A program made the position numbers and the translations under genes. The notes below the pieces were generated by a model. It did no database searches, had not been told where the DNA came from, and saw nothing but the letters and a program-made list of their open reading frames with translations. From NCBI GenBank assembly GCA_040389385.1, contig JAZKAA010000003.1, positions 39,295-103,294 on the forward strand: a stretch of 64,000 nt of DNA, in the 5' to 3' direction. This document shows, piece after piece, positions 57,749-64,000 of the stretch. Source of the DNA: Patescibacteria group bacterium. GTDB lineage: Bacteria > Patescibacteriota > Minisyncoccia > Phycocordibacterales > SBAW01. Position 1 is the first letter of the stretch. Every line of letters begins with the position of its first letter.

Positions 57749-58261
57749 ATGGCACGTAAAAAAAGCTTATTTGAGTGGCTGACCGGCTCCGCCGAGGATG
57801 ACTACTCTTTTGACGACCTCGAGCAAGGCGGAGCCGCTTTCCCTGTGCGCAGCCCTGCAGGTAAAACCAAACATGTGCCCATTTCTATAGAAGACGATCC
57901 GACCAAACCTGCCTTGACAGAGGAGGAAGAGGCCGGCGAGCTCGCGGTAGACGTCTACCAGACCCCCACCCACATCATCATCAAGGCGATGATAGCGGGC
58001 GTTAAGCCCGAGGACTTGGACGTATCTATCACCCGCGACATGGTTACTGTCCGCGGCAAGCGCGAGCGCCACACAGAGTCATCGGGCGGCGACTTTTTCT
58101 TCCAGGAGCTGTACTGGGGCGCGTTTACCCGCACAGTTGTCTTGCCTCAAGAGGTTGAGATAGAAGAGGCCGAGGCCAGCGAAAAGCACGGGCTCCTTAC
58201 TATCCGTCTCCCCAAGCTCGACAAAGGCCGCCAGGCAAAATTGAAAGTTAAGTCTAACTAG
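57749..58261 (+). CDS. Hsp20/alpha-crystallin family small heat-shock protein
   Basis: 170 aa; alpha-crystallin domain LAVDVYQTPTHIIIKAMIAGVKPEDLDVSI...GLLTIRLPK. Confidence 0.85.
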   Translation: MARKKSLFEWLTGSAEDDYSFDDLEQGGAAFPVRSPAGKTKHVPISIEDDPTKPALTEEEEAGELAVDVYQTPTHIIIKAMIAGVKPEDLDVSITRDMVTVRGKRERHTESSGGDFFFQELYWGAFTRTVVLPQEVEIEEAEASEKHGLLTIRLPKLDKGRQAKLKVKSN

Positions 58262-58278
58262 GCTACAATCGTGCGTAC

Positions 58279-58351
58279 GCTTGGGTAGCTCAGTTGGTAG
58301 AGCGCTTCCCTGAAGAGGAAGATGTCGCCGGTTCGAGCCCGGCCCCAAGCA
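58279..58351 (+). tRNA. tRNA-Phe (anticodon GAA), no encoded CCA
   Basis: GCTTGGGTAGCTCAGTTGGTAGAGC, anticodon arm CTTCC-CTGAAGA-GGAAG, T-arm GCCGG-TTCGAGC-CCGGC. Confidence 0.85.
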
Positions 58352-58360
58352 CATAGGTAA

Positions 58361-58639
58361 TTACTGCGTTTGATGCCCAAACTGAGCAAAAAAGTTTTGC
58401 ACCTGCAGCTGGAAGTCGTGCGCGTTGCTGTATGCATGCAAAAACTGGTCGACATACGGCTGTATATAGTAGTAGTACGCCGCGCCCGATGCGCCAAGCA
58501 CCAGTAACCACCACGCAATCCTAAACAGCATGTGCCAGCGCTGGCTGCGGCGCATGCCGCGTATCATGTGGTTGGTTTCCTCTATCACCTTGCCCTGCCG
58601 CGCCACGAGCGCCTTCAACTCATCTATCTCCGGATCCAT
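58361..58639 (-). CDS. hypothetical small membrane protein (92 aa)
   Basis: Charged N-terminus, one TM (WWLLVLGASGAAYYYYI); ORF only. Confidence 0.4.
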   Translation of the reverse strand: MDPEIDELKALVARQGKVIEETNHMIRGMRRSQRWHMLFRIAWWLLVLGASGAAYYYYIQPYVDQFLHAYSNAHDFQLQVQNFFAQFGHQTQ

Positions 58640-58664
58640 ATCGCTATAGTATACAAGCTATTTT

Positions 58665-58716
58665 TGGTGTCTCCGGCCGGAATCGAACCGACATCCTCTC
58701 CTTAGGACGGAGTAGC
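58665..58716 (-). other. partial tRNA-like element: diverged copy (~85% identity) of the anticodon-arm-to-CCA portion of the adjacent tRNA-Arg candidate, lacking a matching 5' acceptor strand
   Basis: Revcomp CTACTCCGTCCTAAGGAGAGGATGTCGGTTCGATTCCGGCCGGAGACACCA, canonical T-arm and CCA; the required 5' strand GTCTCCG is absent upstream. Confidence 0.45.
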
Positions 58717-58725
58717 TCTATGCAA

Positions 58726-58770
58726 GCCGACGCCTTGGTCGGCTCCCCGACCGCCTTGCGCGTCGGGGTT
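58726..58770. repeat. double-hairpin repeat (GCCGAC-gccttg-GTCGGC, CCCCGAC-cgccttgcgc-GTCGGGG), second genomic copy of the element at 26040-26097
   Basis: About 85% identical over ~45 nt to the 26.0-kb copy; lies between the partial and the full tRNA-Arg-like sequences. Confidence 0.55.
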
Positions 58771-58781
58771 GAGCACTACAC

Positions 58782-58856
58782 TGGTGTCCCCGGCAGGAAT
58801 TGCACCCACATCTACTCCTTAGGACGGAGCTGTTCTATCTATTGAACTACGGGGAC
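58782..58856 (-). tRNA. candidate tRNA-Arg (anticodon CCT) with non-canonical T-loop, CCA encoded
   Basis: Revcomp GTCCCCG TA GTTC-AATAGATA-GAAC A GCTCC-GTCCTAA-GGAGT AGAT GTGGG-TGCAATT-CCTGC CGGGGAC A CCA; acceptor pairs perfectly, T-stem needs two GU pairs, T-loop lacks TPsiC. Confidence 0.5.
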
Positions 58857-58861
58857 GTTAC

Positions 58862-58893
58862 GAACAAACCGGCCTTGCGGCCGGGGTTTCTTT
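58862..58893 (-). terminator. terminator hairpin CCGGCC-ttgc-GGCCGG + T-run downstream of the glutaredoxin-like gene
   Basis: Read directly (AAACCGGCCTTGCGGCCGGGGTTTCTTT, bidirectional-capable). Confidence 0.5.
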
Positions 58894-58907
58894 CTATGTG
58901 CAAAGAA

Positions 58908-59147
58908 TTAGGCCGCGATACCGAGTTTGCCCGCTACCCTCTCCCTGTCAAACCCGACCATCACCGAGTCGCCCACCACTATAACCGGCACGCCAAGCTG
59001 GCCCGTCATCTGTATCATCTCCTCGCGCTTAGCCGCGTCGGTGGAGACATCGTAGGCGGTAAATTGGACGTTTTTCTCCGCAAAGAAGTCCTTGGCAAGC
59101 TTGCAGAAGTGGCACGTGGGTGTGGTGTATATGGTTACGTTTTGCAT
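58908..59147 (-). CDS. glutaredoxin-like protein (NrdH/Grx family; start adjusted to MQNVTIY)
   Basis: 79 aa; TIYTTPTCHFCKLAKDFF (CxxC), GQLGVPVIVVGD (cis-Pro region). Confidence 0.75.
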   Translation of the reverse strand: MQNVTIYTTPTCHFCKLAKDFFAEKNVQFTAYDVSTDAAKREEMIQMTGQLGVPVIVVGDSVMVGFDRERVAGKLGIAA

Positions 59148-59172
59148 AAACCTATTATACCAAATATTGGAT

Positions 59173-59246
59173 TGGTGCGGAATGGGAGAATCGAACTCCC
59201 GTCCTATGCTTGGGAAGCACATGTTTTGCCACTAAACTAATTCCGC
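59173..59246 (-). tRNA. tRNA-Gly (anticodon CCC), CCA encoded
   Basis: Revcomp GCGGAATTAGTTTAGTGGCAAAAC A TGTGC-TTCCCAA-GCATA ... GGGAG-TTCGATT-CTCCC ATTCCGCACCA. Confidence 0.8.
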
Positions 59247-59269
59247 AGTATGGTCTCGGCGCTAACAAC

Positions 59270-59662
59270 TTACCACACAAAGAGGGCGTGCCATAGCTTG
59301 CCCCACCAGCCCTGGTCGGAGGCGTCGCCTGAAGTGCTGCTGGCCGCCTGATGCACGACCGTTATCTGACCCTCACCGGGGCGGGCGACTCCATAGCGCT
59401 CGCGCAGCGCTCCCTCTACGCCGCGCGGGGTGCCCAATTCGGTCGCCTCTGTCTCTACCTCGGCGTGGCGCGCCTGGAGCTCGGCAAGGTTCTGCTCGGC
59501 AGCGGCCGATGCAGCCGAGGCTGCGGCAAACTTTTGGTACATACCCCACGCCCCATGGACGGCAAAGTAGGCCAACACCCCCACCCCCACAACCCCCGCG
59601 GTCGAGATAGTCGCGCGTAAGACCTCGGAGCGGATATTGCGGCGCTTTCTAAAATCCTGCAT
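59270..59662 (-). CDS. FtsB/DivIC-like septum-formation-initiator family membrane protein, tentative
   Basis: N-terminal TM, coiled coil (AEQNLAELQARHAEVETEATEL), then RERYGVARPGEGQITVV resembling the FtsB C-motif. Confidence 0.45.
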   Translation of the reverse strand: MQDFRKRRNIRSEVLRATISTAGVVGVGVLAYFAVHGAWGMYQKFAAASAASAAAEQNLAELQARHAEVETEATELGTPRGVEGALRERYGVARPGEGQITVVHQAASSTSGDASDQGWWGKLWHALFVW

Positions 59663-59783
59663 CTTTGTTATTGTACTACCGTATGTTTGGCAAAAACAGA
59701 GACCGCAATGTCCGCATTGGCAGCATCATCATAGGGGGCGTCGTTATACTCTCGATGGTGCTCTACACCTTTGCGCTGACTTT

Positions 59784-61580
59784 CTAATCGCTTTTCACCA
59801 TTTTTAAAAACACATCCTCGGGGATATTGACTCTCCCGCGCTCTTTCATCTTGGCTTTGCCCTTCTTTTGCTTTTCGCGCAACTTCATCTTGCGGGTGAT
59901 ATCGCCGCCGTACATATGCTGGGTAACATCTTTGGACATTGCCGAGAGCGTGCGTGAGGCAAGAATGCGCCCGAGCGCGACCCCTTGTATCTTGGTTGCA
60001 AACATTTGTCTGGGCAAAATTTTGTACAACTTTTCTACCGCGGCCACCGCCTCCTCGTTGGCGCGGCGGCTCGAGACCACACGGGTAAACGCCGGCACCG
60101 ACTCCTCGGCGACAAGCAGGTCAAGCCGTGTTACATCCGCCTCGCGCAGCTCGCGCATCTCGTAGGAAATGCTCGCGTAACCGGCCGAGGCGCTCTTAAC
60201 CTTGTCAAAAAAGCCGCGCATCAGCTCGCGCAGCGGCATCACCACCTTGAGCATCATCCTGCCCTCTGAAAACAAATCAGTCGACTCCAACACAGCCTCG
60301 TGGTCGTACAAAAGGGTGCTCAAGGGGCCCACGTACTCGGCCGGCGCGATAATTTCGGCCTCGACAAACGGCTCCCAGACCTTGGCGACCAATCCGTGGT
60401 CGGGGAATAGCGGCGGCGAGTACACCGTAAGCCGCTTGCCTTGTTTGGTCTCTACCTCGTAGGTGATAGTTGGTGTCGTGACAATGAGTGAGAGATTGAA
60501 CTCACGGCGCAGGCGCTCGGTGACTATCTCCATGTGGAGCATGCCGAGCATCCCACACCGGAAGCCGCGGCCCAAGAGCCCTGACGACTCCTCCTCAAAC
60601 GATAGCGACGAGTCGGAGAGTTTAAGACGCGTGAGCGCTTGGCGCAGCGTAACAAAGTCGTCCTGACTTTCGGGATACACAGACGCCCACACCACCGGCT
60701 TGGGCTCGCCATAGCCGGCGAGCATTGGGGTTTTACTCCCCTTTTGGCGTATCGTGTCCCCCACGCGTGCAAACCCCGCCTCTTTAATGCCCGTTACAAC
60801 ATATCCCGTCGAGCCTGCACTAAGCGTACCGGTGGGCTTGGGCTGAGGCGAAAATACGCCGACCTCGAGCGCATTAAATTGCCGCCCGCTCGCAACAAAC
60901 TCAAGCGCGTCGCCTTTCTTGAGCGTACCCTCAAACATACGCAGGTACACAATGATGCCCTGATGGTCCGAGTATTGAAAGTCAAAGATAAGCGCGCGCG
61001 GCTCTTTGCCCCCCACTTCCTTGGGCGGCGGAACGCGCTCGATAATAGCCTTGAGCACGTCCTCGACGCCCTCGCCGGTGCGTCCCGAGCAGGACAAGAT
61101 CTCGCTCTCCGGAATCTCAAGAAGTTTGGCCACCTGGACTTTAGTATTTTCTACATCTGCCAGCGGCGAGTCTATTTTAGAAATCACGGGCACAATCACC
61201 AGCCCCAACTCGCGCGCCATGCGCAGCGTGGTTAATGTTTGTGCCTGCACGCCTTGGGTCGAGTCCACCAGCAGTATGGAGCCCTCTACCGCGGTGAGCG
61301 CGCGCGACACCTCGTAGCTAAAGTCGATATGCCCCGGCGTGTCGATGAGGTTGAGCTCGTAGCCATCGTACTCCATGCGCACGGGCTGCATCTTAATGGT
61401 GATGCCGCGCTCGCGCTCGAGGTCCATGCTATCGAGTACCTGGTCGCGCATCTTGCGGACCTCGACAGTCTTGGTCACCTCCAAAAAGCGGTCAGCCAAA
61501 GTGGACTTGCCGTGGTCAATATGGGCAATTATTGAAAAATTTCTGATTCCTTTCATATTAAGCATCCTCCCAAGCACCAT
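59784..61580 (-). CDS. lepA: elongation factor 4 (LepA)
   Basis: 598 aa; G-domain IRNFSIIAHIDHGKSTLADR, DTPGHIDF; LepA-specific C-terminal domain. Confidence 0.95.
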   Translation of the reverse strand: MVLGRMLNMKGIRNFSIIAHIDHGKSTLADRFLEVTKTVEVRKMRDQVLDSMDLERERGITIKMQPVRMEYDGYELNLIDTPGHIDFSYEVSRALTAVEGSILLVDSTQGVQAQTLTTLRMARELGLVIVPVISKIDSPLADVENTKVQVAKLLEIPESEILSCSGRTGEGVEDVLKAIIERVPPPKEVGGKEPRALIFDFQYSDHQGIIVYLRMFEGTLKKGDALEFVASGRQFNALEVGVFSPQPKPTGTLSAGSTGYVVTGIKEAGFARVGDTIRQKGSKTPMLAGYGEPKPVVWASVYPESQDDFVTLRQALTRLKLSDSSLSFEEESSGLLGRGFRCGMLGMLHMEIVTERLRREFNLSLIVTTPTITYEVETKQGKRLTVYSPPLFPDHGLVAKVWEPFVEAEIIAPAEYVGPLSTLLYDHEAVLESTDLFSEGRMMLKVVMPLRELMRGFFDKVKSASAGYASISYEMRELREADVTRLDLLVAEESVPAFTRVVSSRRANEEAVAAVEKLYKILPRQMFATKIQGVALGRILASRTLSAMSKDVTQHMYGGDITRKMKLREKQKKGKAKMKERGRVNIPEDVFLKMVKSD

Positions 61581-61770
61581 TTGAAATTCCAGCCTGTCGT
61601 AAAATTTCTGATATGAGCCCCGCAGAAATATCTCCTTTGTGTTGGTTAGGGATATGTACCTTAAGAGAATCTTTTACCATAAACAAATGACGACCGCCGG
61701 AGTATGGGCCCTCAAATCCAAGGTGGCGAAACTTTTGGACAAGTTTCCGCCAAGATATGTTCCTAGCCAT
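61558..61770 (-). CDS. hicA: HicA-like mRNA-interferase toxin (type II TA)
   Basis: 70 aa; ISWRKLVQKFRHLGFEGPYSGGRHLFMVKDSLKVHIPNQHKGDISAGLISEILRQAGI (dsRBD-like YcfA/HicA pattern, catalytic His). Confidence 0.7.
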   Translation of the reverse strand: MARNISWRKLVQKFRHLGFEGPYSGGRHLFMVKDSLKVHIPNQHKGDISAGLISEILRQAGISNGAWEDA

Positions 61771-62014
61771 TGCGCACGAGAGAGCGACGGTCTGCCTTCA
61801 ACTTTAGCCCCGGTACGGCCTCGTGGTCGCGCACTTTAAGCAGCAACCAATCTTCTAACACCTCGCGCAATTCTCTGCGGCAACCTTCTAAAGTACGAGC
61901 ATCAGCCCACACACCGCGCAGGCCCGGAATTTCGCCAAAATAGGTCTTGTCCTTAAGCAACTTGTACTTTGCCTGGGCAAGCTTTTTCTCCAAAAACTCG
62001 CTTAACATGGACAA
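61763..62014 (-). CDS. hicB: HicB-like antitoxin
   Basis: 83 aa; YFGEIPGLRGVWADARTLEGCRRELREVLEDWLLLKV (HicB RNase-H-like N-domain pattern); overlaps hicA by 8 nt. Confidence 0.6.
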   Translation of the reverse strand: MSMLSEFLEKKLAQAKYKLLKDKTYFGEIPGLRGVWADARTLEGCRRELREVLEDWLLLKVRDHEAVPGLKLKADRRSLVRNG

Positions 62015-62167
62015 ACTATACCATACCTCTCCTATTTTTTCTCCTGCCTATTTTACCCTTATTTCTAGCCCTATTTTGTCGCTGTATTTGACACCTTGAC
62101 TTTTATGTTGTTTAGGAGTATACTTGAGAGGAAAGTAGGCGCTGGCACAACCTGGAGGAAAATAGCC

Positions 62168-62419
62168 ATGACCGACACGACCCGCGTTCCGTTTTCATTC
62201 GAAGGCAAGAACTATGCGTTCGAGTTGCCGGCAAACGGCGACACGCCGCACAACATCGTCCTGCCGGACCTCACACTGCTCGAAGTCGACAGCTGGGTAG
62301 AAGTCCTGCCGCCTGTCCCGGAAGGCATTCGGCGCGCTGCTTCTCAGCCGAAGATTCATTCGCAGGAGCAAGGGGTCCAATACATCCCCGGCACCGTTGC
62401 CGCAGTCGAGCAGAAGTAG
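62168..62419 (+). CDS. hypothetical protein (start adjusted to MTDTTRV with GGAGGA RBS)
   Basis: ORF + RBS; no domain recognised. Confidence 0.4.
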   Translation: MTDTTRVPFSFEGKNYAFELPANGDTPHNIVLPDLTLLEVDSWVEVLPPVPEGIRRAASQPKIHSQEQGVQYIPGTVAAVEQK

Positions 62420-62477
62420 TTCGCAGAGCCCTGCGAGGAATAGAGCACCATGCTCACCTCGTGGGGCTTTATTCTTT

Positions 62478-63974
62478 TTACGACTGGACTTCGGTGGTTT
62501 CTATTACTATTGGCTCGGGACGGAGTTTTTGGTGGAGGGTGCGGTACGTTTCGAATAATTCTTGATTTTTTAGGAGGATGAGCACACCCGTTGTGACAAT
62601 AAGGCCCACTATGCCCGCTGCGGCGCCTTGCGCCGCCACGGCGGGCGCGGTGTCGATGTTTACATACGAGCCGGTTGCAGCGAGTACCCAGTACGCCGCA
62701 AAGCCGCCGATAATAGACGCGGCAAAGCTCTCAAAGGATAACTTCCACAGTCCGCTGGCGTTTAATTTAAAATCGCGCTGCAAGTACCACATCCCCACCG
62801 CAAACTCCGCAATAGAGCCAAGCGCCATCGCAAGTGCAAGCATAAGCACGGTCGTACCCGCAATGTCGGAGACGCGCAAGAGCGACTCCAAAAAGTACCG
62901 CCAAAAATGGCTCGCATGAAATGCATCCACCAATATAAGCGCCGAGCCGACCGACACCACCACATCTATAATGCCAAACACAAACGGCTTGCGACTGTCC
63001 CCCGCCGCGTAGTACGCGCGGGCAATCAAAAGAGAAACTGCCTGCGCCAATAGCGCGAGTATAAAGAGCGCCAGCGCCGCGGCCACAAGGCGCGTGGACG
63101 GCCAGTCAAACTGCCCCGCCCCGAGTATCGCGCGCACTAGCTGCGCGCGCAACACGACAACAAACACCATCGCCGGGATAGACCAAAAAATGATATGCCG
63201 CAGCGCGCCGGTAAGATGCTGCAAAAACTCCTCATGCCCGCCGCCGGCAAACAATCGCGAGAGCGTAGGGAATGCCGCCACCGAGTACGAAACGCCAATG
63301 ATAGTCAAAGGCACAGCCTGCAAATTCCATGCAAAGGTAAAAATCGAGATGGAGCCCGCAGAGAGAAACGACGCCAGCGCGACAAGCACCACAAGCGAGA
63401 GTTGGTTAGCCGCCAAGGAGAGCGTACGCGGCACAGAGAGCATCAGTACCTCGCGCAGCGCTCTAAACGAGTCGGCAAAGCGTACGCGCACCGGCCCTGC
63501 AACCCTCTCACCAAAAAAGTACGGCAACTGTATGGCCAAGTGGAGCACCGCCCCGCCGACAACGCCCCATGCCAAGCCCGCGAGTCCATAGTGCGGATAC
63601 AGCCACAGGATGCCTGCGATAATACCGAGGTTATACAAGAGCGGCGAGAGCGAGTAGAGCAAAAAGCGATGCCGCAACTGCGTCAGGTTGGCGACAATGT
63701 TGGATGCACCCAAGAGTATCGGTTGCAAAAGTAAAATGCGGGTCAATATCACCAACATTGCACCGTCCGGACCACCGCTGAGGCCCGGCAATAAGTAATG
63801 GAGCAGCTCCGGCACAAACACAAACGCAATACTGCACACCACCGCCATCGCCGCAAAAAAGTACAACAACATGTGCTCGATAAAGGGCACGAGGCTCTCC
63901 CCTTTAGCCTCGAGCCGCGATATCACCGGCAAGAGCGCATACAAGGACAGCAGCGACGCCACCGTGGCAAACAA
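62478..63974 (-). CDS. murJ: MurJ/MviN-like lipid II flippase (MOP superfamily)
   Basis: 498 aa, ~14 TM; MurJ-like segment FAWNLQAVPLTIIGVSYSVAAFPTLSRLFAGG; could alternatively be another MOP/Wzx flippase. Confidence 0.55.
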   Translation of the reverse strand: MFATVASLLSLYALLPVISRLEAKGESLVPFIEHMLLYFFAAMAVVCSIAFVFVPELLHYLLPGLSGGPDGAMLVILTRILLLQPILLGASNIVANLTQLRHRFLLYSLSPLLYNLGIIAGILWLYPHYGLAGLAWGVVGGAVLHLAIQLPYFFGERVAGPVRVRFADSFRALREVLMLSVPRTLSLAANQLSLVVLVALASFLSAGSISIFTFAWNLQAVPLTIIGVSYSVAAFPTLSRLFAGGGHEEFLQHLTGALRHIIFWSIPAMVFVVVLRAQLVRAILGAGQFDWPSTRLVAAALALFILALLAQAVSLLIARAYYAAGDSRKPFVFGIIDVVVSVGSALILVDAFHASHFWRYFLESLLRVSDIAGTTVLMLALAMALGSIAEFAVGMWYLQRDFKLNASGLWKLSFESFAASIIGGFAAYWVLAATGSYVNIDTAPAVAAQGAAAGIVGLIVTTGVLILLKNQELFETYRTLHQKLRPEPIVIETTEVQS

Positions 63975-64000
63975 GAGGTCGGGGATACGGAAGGCTGCGT

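Overview
GC-rich (by eye) 64 kb window from what looks like a small-genome bacterium; on content alone, a CPR/Patescibacteria-like lineage is an inference. Supporting hints: compact versions of IF-2, ValRS, S1 and Rel; 12 tRNAs mostly without encoded CCA; a divergent HisRS; and no respiratory or biosynthetic islands. The backbone is housekeeping: serS (partial), dprA, topA, rel, parB, pyrF/pyrE, miaA, clpB, cysteine desulfurase, infB-rbfA, gyrA, rpsA, prs, pth, lepB, hisS-like, rpsU-ybeY-ftsA-X-ftsZ, trxB, tsaD, valS, prsW, hsp20, lepA, murJ-like. Interspersed are accessory-looking blocks: (1) a tandem array of four small two-TM VirB2/TrbC-like 'pilin' paralogs (26.1-27.5 kb), plus the same module embedded in a 655-aa secreted mosaic protein fused to a lysozyme-like (SLT) domain (11.7-13.6 kb); (2) tandem FemAB/GNAT-like paralogs, one fused to a spermidine-synthase-like domain (22.2-24.5 kb); (3) a cluster of three OmpR-family winged-helix proteins around prs, one with a receiver domain lacking the phospho-acceptor Asp and no kinase nearby; (4) an ArsR-family regulator flanked by three copies of a palindromic operator with a TTTTGCAAAA core, in an operon with a frameshifted purN-like gene, DUF1653, HAD and HIT genes; (5) a duplicated terminator / 23-nt palindromic motif / promoter cassette upstream of rpsA with small ORF or ncRNA candidates; (6) a HicAB toxin-antitoxin pair; (7) a tRNA-Arg candidate with a diverged partial copy and a double-hairpin repeat also present at 26.0 kb. 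No CRISPR array, rRNA, transposase or integrase was recognised. Hand-derived coordinates (tRNAs, motifs, adjusted starts) may be off by a few nt; at least one line appeared inconsistent by 1 nt with the ORF track.
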